Part shown: piece by piece, positions 35,935-52,539 of the stretch
Position numbering within the stretch: the first letter of the stretch is position 1
Layout of the letters: each line of letters opens with the position of its first letter
Source: the human T2T-CHM13v2.0 reference genome, Homo sapiens
NCBI RefSeq assembly: GCF_009914755.1
Contig: NC_060947.1
Direction: 5' to 3' (one strand)
Length of the DNA: 64,000 nt
Position numbers and translations under genes: made by a program
The notes under the pieces: model-generated
The model's input: only the letters and a program-made list of their open reading frames with translations
What the model was told of the DNA's origin: nothing
Database searches by the model: none

Positions 35935-36135
35935 AGCCAGAACATGCATCTTAATAGGTTTAGATAAAATACAGGATGTCCAATAGATATCTAATACAGA
36001 AGGAAGTTAGGGGGAAAGGATGGAGAAAATAAGTCCAGGTAAAATGATAATACAAGACTGACTATGAAATGTGCTGTGGGAGTTAAAATAGGAACAGGTC
36101 ATATTTGCTTGGGAAATCTACTTCATAGAAGTGGA

Positions 36136-36431
36136 GACCAGGCGTGGTGGCTCACGCCTGTAACCACAGCACTTTGGGAGGTCAAGGCGGGCAGATCACC
36201 TGAGGTCAGGAGTTCAAGATCAGCTTGACCAACATGGTGAAACCCCTTCTCTACTAAAAATACAAAAAAGTTAGCCAAGCGTGGTGGTGCATGCCTGTAG
36301 TCCCAGCTACTCTTCAGGAGGCTGAGACAGGAGAATTGCTTGAACCGGGAGGCAGAAGTTGCAGTGAGCTGAGATTGTGCCACTGCACTCCATCCTGGGC
36401 AAAAGAGTGAGACTCCATCTCAAATAAAAAA

Positions 36432-36466
<35 letters not shown>
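36136..36466 (+). mobile_element. Alu (AluS) with (TAAA)n tail
   Basis: TSD AGAAGTGGA. Confidence 0.9.
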
Positions 36467-37694
36467 GAAGTGGAAGTGGAGATAGGCCTTGAAGAATGAG
36501 AATAGTTTGATAGGCAGAAATTGGAAAGGCAGCATCCCAGATGAAGGGAACAACACAGTAAAAGGCACAGAATAGGGAAACAGCAGGATGTCTTTGGAAA
36601 ATGGAAACCACTCTTAATGGCAGTGGGTAAAGTACAGATGGGGAAGTTGTGGGAGATGAGGCTGGAAAAGTAAACAGGAGCTTACTCTGAATTCAGAAAT
36701 GAGGAAGTTTAAACAGTTCACAAGCTGCTTGGCCTATGTGGACTTCTCCTAAATGCTCGGACAGAGCTCCTCTCCTGTTTCTCCTAATACAGTCAGGCTA
36801 CGGCTTCCTTTCCCCCATCAGTAACTTGCTTGCATCAGGAGCCTTTCCCGGAAGGAGAGTAAACCCCTGCACATGACTTACTTTTATTACCTCTTCCTTC
36901 TACCATCAGTTTACACTTATTGGGTCTTCTGACTTTGTAACCCTGATTTCTTAAATAATCAAGATCAAACAAAGAGGCATGGGCCTGATCTGAATTTTAT
37001 TAAAAAATAGTTACAATATATTTCACATGATCCACACATGACAAATTAAAGGAACAGATAAGGTGTAACATAATGAATTGACAACCAAGTCATTTAGATA
37101 ATAACATGGTAGGGTGGGATGGGGCAAGGGATGGCAAATTTACAGAAAAAGACGGAAAAGCACTGTGATGTAGCAGGATCAGTCCCATTTTTCTGGCAGG
37201 CCCTGAGGACCTTCAATAACCTTGTGTCTCTGGCCTTACTCAAGCCTGACCAAAGCGCATCTTCTGGATTCTGAAGTGGTCTTGCTCTCTTAGTCTTGGA
37301 CCAGTGCTCGCTGTCGTGCTCACACCTTGCCGTGACCTCTGCTATTTTGGTCTGATCTATAACCCTGTAGCTGTGTTGCTTTCCTGATGTGCACAGCAGT
37401 TTTCTCATTCCAGGGGGTACAGCTTTGTCCTGAGTTACTTGTCAGGCTAGCTCTCCACTGTGGGCCATGTTATGCCTAGCAATTTCAGCTATGATACCAT
37501 ATTGGAACTCCTGGAATAATAGTATTGATCCAGAGCAAGCCCTTTAAATTCTGTAGTTTTGACTGCTAACAACCTTGAAAGCCATTCTTACAGACAAATT
37601 AGTGCCTCTATCCCCTGGACCCATTTATTCTAGCTCTTTACCATTAGCTACTGCCACTACCATCTCTGCTGGTCCAAAGATGAGCATTCAAGAC

Positions 37695-38205
37695 TGCTGA
37701 GACCAGCTCAGTCATGGAGACCCTAACCCAGCGGTGCTAGAGGAATTAAAGACACACACACACAGAAATATAGCGTGTGGACTGGGAAATCAGGGGTCTC
37801 ATAGCCTTCAGAGGTGAGAGCCTCGAACAGAGATTTACCCACATATTTATTGACAGCAAGCCAGTGATAAGCATTGTTTCTATAGATTATAGATTAACTA
37901 AAAGTATTCCTTATGGGAAACAAAGGGATGGGCCTAAATAAAGGGATGGGCTCTTGCTAGTTACCTGCAGCAGGAACATGCCCTTAAGGCACAGATTGCT
38001 TATGCTATTGTTTGTGGCTTAAGAACACTTTAAGTGGTTTTCCGCCCTGGGTGGGCCAGGCGTTCCTTGCCCTTATTCCGGTAAACCCACAGCCTTCAGC
38101 ATGGGCGTCATGGCCATCATGAGCCTGCCACAGTGCTGCAGAGATTTTGTTTATGGCCAGTTTTGGGGCCAGTTTATGGCCAGATTTGGGGGCCTGTTCC
38201 CAACA
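37695..38205 (-). mobile_element. MER9 solo LTR (HERV-K HML-3)
   Basis: Reverse strand begins TGTTGGGAACAGGCCCCCAAATCTGGCCATAAACTGGCCCC; 511 bp; perfect 6-bp TSD CAAGAC (37689-37694, 38206-38211). Confidence 0.9.
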
Positions 38206-38353
38206 CAAGACCTGAAAAGAAGGTGTGCTAGGTTGCATTATTGGCCCTAATTCTTCAGCCCTACCTTCATGCAGACACTGCCATGGTCTCATCATGGATT
38301 AAGAGTGCTTCCTTGCCCCTTGTCTTTGGGCCTAGCCATGTAATTTGCTTTAG

Positions 38354-38697
<344 letters not shown>

Positions 38698-39353
38698 AAG
38701 CCTAGGCCTTAATAGGCTTACATGTTTCTACTTGTTCTCTTGCACTTTTGCCATCACCATGAGAAGAACATACCCCAAAACAAGGTATCTCACTGGTCCA
38801 AAGAAGAAAACATCACAGAGGAAGCCACTCTACCCAATATGCAACCCACAGTGAGAAAAAAGGCCATCATAGCTAGCATAGCCTGAAGCAGCAATACCCA
38901 TCTGAGCCCAGCCTATATCTGCAGAACTCCAATCAACCAACAGATGTATAAAATCTTCTTGCCCACCCCATCTGTCCCATGTCACCACTTCTCACTAGGT
39001 CAGGGGTGGCTACTTGACTAAAGGTAGTAGGCAAATGAGTTGAGCCAGTCAGATCTTCTTGAGGGTTTGTATTTGGAAACAGATTATAATCAATAAAGGA
39101 TGGAGTCTTCTAGACTTGGAGACTGAGGTGTCATTTGGAACCCTGTACAGCCTGATGAATAAATAGAGAAAGCCAATCTTCAGAGTGAAGTAGGAAAACA
39201 GAATGGATGCTGAAAAAGTTTCAAAAGAGTCCCAGAGGGAATGAAGAATAGAAATTGTGGAGAGTAGACTCAGTCCTCAGGGGCTTCCCAGCGCCTGCAA
39301 ACATGAAGCCTGGCAGAGCTGCTGATCTTGTGTCTAAAAAGTTCTCTGTTCTA

Positions 39354-39655
<302 letters not shown>

Positions 39656-39934
39656 GTTCTCTGTTTTACTATCAAAACCATCTCTTACTTCCCACTCAGC
39701 ACATGCCTCTGTGCTCGTGTGCATGCAATCACACACATACACACACACAGAGTTTGGTTTTTAACTAACTTACATGAATATTTTTTTCCCTTGCAACTGA
39801 AGAATTGACTAAGATACTTTCCATAATGGAAGAAGAGAAAAGATGGGCAACCAGGTATGTAATTGATATTCCCTCACATAGTGGAAAATGGAACTCACTG
39901 TGCACGTGGGACATGTGCCACTTAGCTTTTCCTG

Positions 39935-40445
39935 ACTGGTGTATACCCAAAAGAATATAAATCATTCTATTATAAAGATACAGGCAAGAGTATTTTCATT
40001 GCAGCCCTATTCACAATAGCAAAGACATGGAATCAACCCAAATGCCAATCAATAATTGACTGGATAAAGAAAATGTGGTATATATATACCATGGAACACT
40101 ATGCAGCCATAAAAAGGAATGAGATCATGTCCTTTGCAGGGACATGGATGGAGCTGGAGGTCATTATTCTCATGCAGGAACTAATGCAGGAACAGAAAAC
40201 CAAACACTGCATGATCTCATTTATAAGTGGGAGCTGAACAGTGAGAACACATGGACACAGGGAGGGAAACAACACACGCTGGGGCCTTTTGGTCAGGGAG
40301 GTGAGGGGAAGGAGAGCATCAGGAAAAATAGCTAATGCATGCTGGGTTTCACACCCAGATGATGGGTTGATATGTTTACCTATGTAACAAACCTGCACAT
40401 CCTGCACACATGTACCCTGGAACTTAAAATACAAACAAAAAAAAT
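39935..40445 (+). mobile_element. L1PA 3' fragment
   Basis: GAGATCATGTCCTTTGCAGGGACATGGATGGAGCTGG...ACCTATGTAACAAACCTGCACATCCTGCAC. Confidence 0.88.
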
Positions 40446-40449
40446 CTTG

Positions 40450-40935
40450 AAATTTAGGGGCTTAGAACAACAGAATATTTTATTTAGATCACAATTTTGT
40501 GGATTGTCTTGTGATAGATGGGATATTTGTGATGTTTGTGATGGCTCTTCTAGTCTAGGCTGGCTGAGCTGAGACTCCATGTTCTAGAATGGCCTCACTC
40601 ACATGTCTGGTGATTGTCAAGCTGGTTTTTCTAGTAGGGCCTCAGTGGCAATGACTTGTCTCTGCTCCATGGGGTCTCTCATTCTCCAACAGGCTAGCCC
40701 AAGCTTCTTCACATGGTGGTTTGAGGATTCCCAAAAGAACTACAAAGGAGCCTTAGCTCTACTGAAGAAGCTCATTTTAACCCTCTGCTCATGTCATATT
40801 TACTACTGCCCCCTTAGCCAAAGCGAGTCACCTGGTCAAGCGTAGACTCAGAGTGGATGGGGACTAAGCAAGGACTTGGATACAGGGAGGAGTGAGCACA
40901 TTGGGAGCCATTACTGTGACAATATAATGTACAGA
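40450..40935 (-). mobile_element. MLT1 MaLR LTR
   Basis: AGAATGGCCTCACTCACATGTCTGG...CTTCTTCACATGGTGG. Confidence 0.6.
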
Positions 40936-42110
40936 GAGGGGAAAAGTACTGCTAAAGAATGTCCTGTGAGTAAAGGCCAAAGGCCAAGGTAATGGTGTTT
41001 TTACAGGAGCGAGTCTATGAAAACCTCCAGTTTGTTATAAATTGACCTTACATATCTTTGGAGGTGTATAAGATTTTAACTTGGGGACTCATGATTCTAC
41101 AGCCATAAAAACACTAGTCTAAATAGTTATAAAACATACAATAATTACCTACAGGCTTTCCACTCTCATTGGAATACATAATCTGCCTTTCCTCCTTTAG
41201 AAAAATATAATTTCAGTAGAATTAACAGGAGAAATATCAAGAGAATGAAAATAAACTCTTTCCTGAATACAATCCACTTAACAAGCTCTCTTAGACTTGA
41301 TAGCAGAGAAGGATCCCAAATAATAAAACACAGCTATGGAGTGAAGAACTATTTTGCTGCAAAACACTTCACCAGGGGATGCCACAGAAAGCACAAAACC
41401 CTTCCATGAAATGGAGCTTGTTCCTTTAAACTTTGGAACCACATATCTGTGAATCATAAGTTAAAAGTGTTCACTCTGTTCCCTATTCCTGAACACATAT
41501 GCCAGTCTGAGTGCCCATATCAGTGTGAAATTGGCAGACTGGAGATCTCCAATGGTCAAAGCAATATGAGCTCTGTCTCCTGTAGAATATGCAAGTCCCA
41601 AAGTATCTAACATAGGCACTACATCAAAGCAAGTCGTCTTCAAAGCAAGAGACATCACCCCATTTAGGAGAAGAGAGAGTCATAAGAGGAGAATTATACA
41701 AACATATGGTTTCCACATTGCACAAATACAAATTTACAAACAGAAGTTATTTCCTCTTTAACCAGGTTCCTCTTGCTATGTTGCCTAACTTCAAACCAAC
41801 AGTCATGAGATCATCATTTCCAGGCAGTCAGACACAAACTACGAAAGAGAAAAGTTCCATTTGTGTACTGTAATGTCTTTAACCAGCAATCATGGGAAGG
41901 GATATGCAGGGGTGGGGGTAGAGAAGTTAAGGTACATTTGAAAATGTAAATAGAAAATGTACTTGAAATTGTCCTGAATTGCACAGATTTGGCGGTCAAC
42001 TGTTTTTAAAAGAAGAAAAAAATTATTCTACTTAAGTCAGTGATTTCATGTTGTGCCAATAGCTTACAAAATACTTAAAATAGCCTTAGCTTTTAAAAAT
42101 TAGTAAATTA

Positions 42111-42752
<642 letters not shown>

Positions 42753-43004
42753 TTAAATTGATTGCTTAAATATAACTAAAAAATTTCTAATAAAATATAT
42801 TTTATCATAAGCAAGGAAATATACCAATGCACACGATGTGGCCAACAGTAAGAGAGGTCAAGAGCAGGGAATGGAAGTGGCAATGGCAGGGAAAGAGTGA
42901 TGATATCTAAACCAAGGTAATGAACACCCAGTAACGTGCAGTCAGCTGAGGAGGATAAGTAGGCAACAGAACCATCCAAATCTATTGAAATTATCTTTAT
43001 GGTG

Positions 43005-43310
<306 letters not shown>

Positions 43311-43319
43311 TGTGGTGTT

Positions 43320-44570
<1,251 letters not shown>

Positions 44571-45017
44571 CTACAGTACTTAATCCCTCAGTCTCTACCA
44601 TACACAGATTGATGACAGAGATGAAGACTTGGGTTTTGTATACAGTGGTGAGGAATGGAGCTCTGGGAAAATAAAGTATAGAAAGCATGATAGAAAAACT
44701 CCCTGAAAAAGGCTGCAGATTTTATCAATGATGGCTCAATTATTTACACATATAGTGTTTATATGTTTACAGTAACTTGGGGGAAAATAGTACTGTTGAT
44801 TGATTATAGGTTGGCTTATACTCTGAGTTCATTTTTCATGAATAATAGTAAATTCATAAAACACATGTGCATCTCACCACTGGGTGAACAATATCATGCA
44901 TTAGAATGACCTTGGACAACTTACCCTGATTCTTGCCCTCATTTTCTTCATCTCTAATAAGTGCTATGCAATCCTGAAAGTTCTTTTCAATCCTTTAATT
45001 AATAAAAATTAAATCTA

Positions 45018-45239
45018 GGCCAGGCACGGTGGCTCACGCCTGTAATCCCAGCACTTTGGGAGGCCGAGGTGGGTGGATCACAAGGTCAGGAGTTCGAGAC
45101 CAGCCTGATCAACATGGTGAAACCCGTCTCTACTGAAAATACAAAAATTAGCCGGGCATGGTGGCACGAGCCTGTAGTCCCAGCTACTTGGGAAGATGAG
45201 GCAGGAGAATCGCTTCAACCCGGGAGGCGGAAAAAAAAA
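45018..45239 (+). mobile_element. 3'-truncated Alu ending in an A run
   Basis: Ends ...CCCGGGAGGCGG-A9; AAATCTA flanks both sides. Confidence 0.85.
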
Positions 45240-45430
45240 TCTATATATGTCTTCACAAAGAAATATCCCCAAAGACAAGTGTGACCTCAGTGGAATATTT
45301 CAAAAAGAAGTTGAGTTTCCCATTTAAAAGACAAAGAATAGATTTCAATTAAGATCATCATTCCTCTTTCTTCCCATGCCATTATTGAGTGATAAATGAT
45401 ACATTTTCTTCCTACTCAAGTTTAAATACA

Positions 45431-45761
<331 letters not shown>

Positions 45762-46099
45762 TTACCTTTTCTTTTCAATAGCATATTTGTTTTAAGTCAG
45801 CAAATGAATGATTGTAACTTCATTGACATTAGTGAATTACCTACATCCATTCAACATATATTTTGTGCCTACTATGTGACTTGCCAAAGGAAGCATTAAA
45901 TATTATTTTCTTTGTATGATTTGAATGTGTGAATGGAGCACTTGAAAAGTCAGTGTCCCACGATTATAAATGTAATATAAATGTAGTACATGAACTAAAT
46001 TGTGGTTCCTAAGGCTACATTTTTTTATCAGTATGCATATTTTTTAATGTGTACATATAGTGGCAAAAGGCAGAAAATAAAAAAGAACATACATCTTCA

Positions 46100-46420
46100 G
46101 GCCGGGCACGGTGGCTCACACCTGTAATCCCAGCACTTTGGGAGTGTAGAGGTGGGAGGATTGCTTGAGTCCAGGGATTCAAGACCAGCCTGGGCAACAT
46201 AATGAAGTCTTGTCTCTACGAAAACATCAAGAAATTAGCTGGAAGTGGTGGCTTGTGCCTGTAATCCCACTTACTTGATCCTTGGGAGGTTGAGGTGGGA
46301 GGATCTCTTAAGCCTGGGAGCTCGAGGCTGCAGTGAGCCACGATGGTGCCACTGCACTCCAGCCTGGGCAACAGAGTGAGACGCTGTCTTGAAAAAATAA
46401 ATAAATAAGTAAGTAAAATA
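46100..46420 (+). mobile_element. AluJ
   Basis: J-type arms; AACATACAT flanks both sides. Confidence 0.88.
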
Positions 46421-46699
46421 ACATACATTTTTGTCTTTCTTCTATTAGCCACTGGAGGCTTAGAGGTGGACATAGAAAAATGAAAGATAAACAAGCACAC
46501 AAAAGAGAAAGCATGAGGAAAATGAGACAAATGTGAAACTGGAAGACCAAAGGGATGTGGAAGAAGGAAATAAAACAGCCAAAGTTACCAATGGTCCCAC
46601 TTTGCCCTTAACAGATCCAACCATGACCTCAAGGGCATTCCAAGTATGATCTTTACCCCAGACCCTTAGAAACAACAGGTTTTCAAATTGAAAACTGCT

Positions 46700-47013
46700 C
46701 GGGCCAGGTGGCTCATGCCTGTAATCTCAGCACTTTGGGAGGCTGAGGCAGAGGATCACTTGAGCCCAGGAGTTCAAGACCACCCTGCGCAACAGAATAA
46801 GACCCTCATCTCTACCCAAAAAAAAAAATTAGCCAGGTATGATGGCGCAACCTTGACCTCCTGGATTCCAGCTACTCTGGAGGCTGAAGTGGGAGAATCC
46901 CTTGAATCCAGGAAGTCAAGGTTGCAATGAGATACGTTCATGCCACTGCACTCCAGCCTGGGAGACAGAGCAGGACCCTGTCTCAAAAAAGAAAGAAAAT
47001 AAAAGAAAAGAAA
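46700..47013 (+). mobile_element. AluJ
   Basis: J-type arms; GAAAACT flanks both sides. Confidence 0.85.
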
Positions 47014-47179
47014 ACTTCTCAATTTGCACCAGTAGCAAGTTTTTCAAACATGTTTGGAAAATGAGAAAACTTCTGGATACTCATATTTTTATTTTTCCAA
47101 AAGGCCCAATGCCTTGGTTATAACCAGATATGACCAAGAATTAGATTGTGAGGAATGGAGATCACACCAAAATGTACCA

Positions 47180-47735
47180 ATTGCATCATTTATCCATTGC
47201 TGCATTTAAAAAATGACTCCAAAACTGGGTGGCTAAAAACAACAACCATTTGTTATTTCTCATGATTCTGTGGACTAGTTGGGCTCGGCTGTGGTTTTTT
47301 TGTTGTCATTGTTGTTGTCGTTTTCCATTCTTGGTGCTATTGGCTGAGGTCATTCATTCAACTGGGTCATTCATTCAGCAGCTGCAATCCGCCGGGACCT
47401 CGGACAGGGCTTACATATGCAAGATGGTTTCATTCACATATCTGGAAGTTGGTGATGGTCAGCGGGGGGGCCTTAGTTCTCTTTCCCATGGCTTCTCATC
47501 TGCTAGCAGTTTAAATTATCTTTCTTACAGCACGGCAACTGAGTTCCAAGAGGGAAAGGCCCATTTCTCCACAAGCACTTATCAAGTCTCTGCTTGCATT
47601 ATGTTTGCTAACATCGTATTGCCCATGCAAGTCACGTGGCCCAAGCTCAGGGTCAATATGGGAGGGCACAACACAAGGACATTATTATTAGAAGGCATTA
47701 GTCATTAGCAGCAGCCTATGTAGCAGTCTACAATA
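47180..47735 (-). mobile_element. MLT1 MaLR LTR
   Basis: ATTGCTGCAT...GTGGCTAAAAACAACAACCATTTGTTATTTCTCATGATTCTGTGG...GCAAGTCACGTGGCCCAAG. Confidence 0.7.
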
Positions 47736-47959
47736 TTCATTCATTCAACCATCACTTATAGGACTCCCAGATCCTAGGGATATAATGATTATCAGGGCAA
47801 AATCCCTGGCATCAAGTAGCCTAGCTCATTGCATTTAGGGGGAGGTCAGGGTAGGGCGAGTGTGGAAGGAATGAATATGCATCCTTAACAAGTACCCCAG
47901 GTGATTCTGACATAAGCTAATGTTTGAGAACCTCTGCCTTAAGCTTTACCTACCAATAT

Positions 47960-48262
47960 TCTTTTCTTTTTCTTTGAGACGGAGTCTCACTCTGACATCC
48001 AAGCTGGAGTGCAGTGGCGAGATCTCAGCTCACTGAACCTCTGCCTCCCAGGTTCAAATGATTCTCCTGCCTCAGCCTCCCGAGTAGCTGGGACTACAGG
48101 CATGCACCACCACACCCAGCTAATTTTTTTGTATTTTTAGTAGAGACGGAGTTTCACCATGTTGGACAAGCTGGTCTTGAACTCCTGACCTCTGGTGATC
48201 CACCCACCCTGGCCTCCCAAAGTATTCCCTGGGAATACAGGCATGAGCCACGGCACCCAGCG
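47960..48262 (-). mobile_element. Alu (AluS), antisense
   Basis: TSD CTACCAATATTCT. Confidence 0.9.
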
Positions 48263-48423
48263 TTATCTACCAATATTCTAAGTGGATTGTTTGATTGTTA
48301 GCAGAGACCTAGGATATAAGAGAAAAGGGCAGTAACAACTCATGAAACAGAGTTCTCGCACCTAATGGTTTTGCCACAATTTTGTCAAACTAGAAAATTA
48401 AAGGTTCCAGCATATGCGTAGCC

Positions 48424-48895
<472 letters not shown>

Positions 48896-49070
48896 TATCA
48901 AACCCTAACTCGATTACAACTGCAATGCTGCATAAAACGAAACATTATTTTAGGTAGTTACAACTTAGATTATTAACATGCATGTGAGTGGGTGCTTCAA
49001 TTTATAGAGGGTGGGGGTAGGCTCCCAATTTGCCTATTTTTATCAAGCGGGTTTAAATTCCGAATCTGTG

Positions 49071-49400
49071 GGCCGGGCGCGGTGGCTCACACCTGTAATC
49101 CTAGCACTTCTGGAGGCTGAGGAGGGTGGATGGTCTGAGGTCAGGAGTTCGAGACCAGCCTGGCCAACGTGGTGAAACCCCGTCTCTACTAAAAATACAA
49201 AAATTAGCGGGGCATGGTCGCACACACCTGTAATCCCAGCTACTTGGGAGGCTGAGGCAGGAGAATCACTTGAACTGGTGGTTCAAGGTTGGTGGTGGGC
49301 TGAGGTTGCAGCGAGCCAAGTTCAGGCCACTTCACTCCAGCCTGGGAGACAGAGAGACTCCATCTCAAAAAAAAAACAAAAAAAAAAAAAAACAAAAAAA
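49071..49400 (+). mobile_element. Alu (AluS)
   Basis: CCGAATCTGT flanks both sides. Confidence 0.88.
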
Positions 49401-50579
49401 CTGAATCCCGAATCTGTCTTTAACTCCCTCTGCTACCTTGGGCAAAACACTTTGTATATCTGCTTAAATCATCCCAATCCCATAAAATAACAATGTGCCT
49501 GTGCTCTTTACTATAGTCCTTTGCAGCACTAACTCCACGTTGTACTTCCAATATTCATATTAATCCATATCCAAGTAATCATTAAACTAGCAAGGAGGGG
49601 TTAAGGAAAGGGTAGCTTTCCAAACAGACTAAACTTGAAAACATAAGTGTTACTTCTCAGGCAAATAAGTGAAGACCAAGAAGCACTTCTGGGGGAAAAG
49701 GGGGTGCAGAGATTCTCGAGGGAAGTGTAGGCTTTCTGCTTACATAAATTCTGTGTAAATCAACAAAAAACAGGAAAAACCAGAGGAAGAATAAGTGAAA
49801 CACCTAGGGACTCTCCAAGAGGGAGGTTACCATTGATTTCCTGCTTTACCAGTCAGAAATCATCACAGTGAGCTTTAGGTGACTCAAGCTACTTAATTTG
49901 CATGAAGGACCTTGATCTTCACCTCTGGGTTTCTTTGATGGAGATAGGACAGTGAGACTGCCTCTTGCCTTTCATGATTAACCGTTCTGCTTGTACAGTG
50001 CTTTAGCAGGCATTACATCATTTAAGTCTCACATTGACCCATCTACGTCAGTGACATTTTCCCTATTTTACAAACAAGTAACAAGAAGCCATGGAAATAA
50101 ATGAGTTATTACTCAAGCCCATGATGATTAAGTGTTGAATGGCAGGGCCAAGATCAAACCAATGTCCTTCTCTTCCCAGTCCAGTGTTTTCTCTATTGCT
50201 TTGCCTTCATATCTGGGGTGGGTGGTGAGAAGAAGGTGAACCAGCATCCTGTCTTTTTTCCTTTTTGTTTGGTTTCCTACCTAACTTCCTTCAGCTTCCC
50301 TTCCCTCAGACTCTGGTAAAAGGGCACTAGGTTTGATGTCAGGAGACTGAAATTCTGGTTCTGATTCTACCACAGGAGGCTGGCTAGTCTTAAGATGTAT
50401 GTCACTTATGCGCTCTTGGCCTCAGAGGCCCCATTGTTATTAATACTTCCAACTCTGTCTCAATTATAGTAAGAAAAATGGAATCAGAGTGTCTATTGGT
50501 TGATTTTTACAATTATATAAAGGTTTTGGACAATAGCTGGGGCTTGAGGGAGTGAGAAAAGTCAAGCAAAAGGGGATTT

Positions 50580-50925
50580 GTCCCTCTGGGGATTAATTCC
50601 AGGACGACCCCACCCCCGCCGCCCTCACCACACACACTCACCCTCCCTACCCCGAGGATACAAAAATCCGAGAATGCTCAAATGCCTTATATAAAATGGC
50701 ATAGTATTTGCATGTAACCTATGCACATCCTCCAGTAAATTTAAATCATCTTTAGATTAACTATAACACCTAATACAATGTAAATGCTATGAAAATAGTT
50801 GTTACATGGTATTGTTTTTATTTGTATTGTTTGTTATTGTTGTATTGACATTTTTTCAAATATTTTTGATCTGCGGTTGGCTGAATCCTTGGATAAGAGA
50901 CCCTCACATATGGAAGGCTGACTGT
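50580..50925. mobile_element. MER2 (Tigger-family) DNA transposon
   Basis: GATACAAAAATCCGAGAATGCTCAAATGCCTTATATAAAATGGCATAGTATTTGCATG...GAAGGCTGACTGTA. Confidence 0.8.
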
Positions 50926-50971
50926 AATTCTAAAAAAATAAGACAAAGTGGACTTATAAGAATTCACAGTA

Positions 50972-51294
<323 letters not shown>

Positions 51295-52539
51295 TTAAGA
51301 TAGGCTGAGCTCAACTCTTCCATCTAACACCTTTCCCCTTATCTTTACCTCATCTCTAACAGGGTGCTGAGATGTGACGCCTGAAAGGCCAATATTTTGG
51401 CTTTTCAGTTTTGTTTTGGTGAAAGGAATGAGGATGTGGAATACACATTGTTGTAGGAACCATAGGATCAACAAATTTAAGAATCCCCCATGTACATCTA
51501 GCCCAACTTATTCTGAAATGTCTGAATTCTGATCCCATTGTGCTGCCAAACAAATAATTTGCTGTCCTGTTGGAATCTGAGAGTCAAAAGTATGTGAAAG
51601 TTCAAACGTGGTCAGGGATTTTTTTTTTTTAATGGATCGATGTGGTAGGTTTGGTGGCTTTGTTTTTACTGCCTTCTAGAACCAAGAAAATCCTTTTCTA
51701 TATCATTCACTCAACTAATGCCTTTCACTGTTTTTAGAGGCAAGTTGGCCTGGTTCCTTGCTTATATGCCTGTCTCCCTCTTTTCCTCTTCCAGGAAATT
51801 CAGAGATACTGACTCATCTTCACTCTTATATTAAAGCAAGCCAGTTTATCGATAGTTATTAAATCTAGTATGTCCATAAGCAGGCTTCATCTGGAACATT
51901 AGAATGTGAGGTCTAGACGGTGTTTAGGAAAATTTGCTTTCAGATCATGTGTGGTAAAACTATACAAACAGAGATGGACAAGTGACGTGGTGTAGAGCAA
52001 GGTAAGAAAGGAAAAAAAAAAAAAAGGAAAAGAAATGATGTTCCAGAACACAGAGATTTGGGAAAGGGATGGAAAGAAATGACAGTGGGTATAGCGGAGT
52101 GCTTTTAAAATTGATAGAGAGCATGGTGGGTTACAAAAGCAATTTAGTGATTTTCAATCAGCATTAAAAAAAAATGATATGCCATAGAATAAAAATACAG
52201 AATGCATACTGTGGAAGGACAAATATTGTTTTGGAAAGTTTTTCTATACATACATAAATGTATATTAGATGTATATAACATGTATTTACATGTGTAACAA
52301 TTGTAACTACAAATGTGCTCCCCGCCCACACACACTGGAGCCTGGGTTTGTTTTGTAAACTGTTTCACAGTGTGGGTCTTGGTTCCAAGTTTGAAAGCCC
52401 TTAGAACACAGGATCCAGAAGGATCCGGGCAAGGTAAATTCAAGGTCAAGGGAGAGTCCCTTTTCTGTCCCCTGCCATCCAAAGCAGTTAATGGAGGGAG
52501 AGGAAATGGCGTGTGGGGGAGGGGACCGCAGAGTGAGGC

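Noticed and set aside
37100-37690. Possible MaLR/ERVL internal sequence or the 104-aa ORF at 37094-37408
   Set aside because: Too diverged to assign by eye; no recognisable protein motif.
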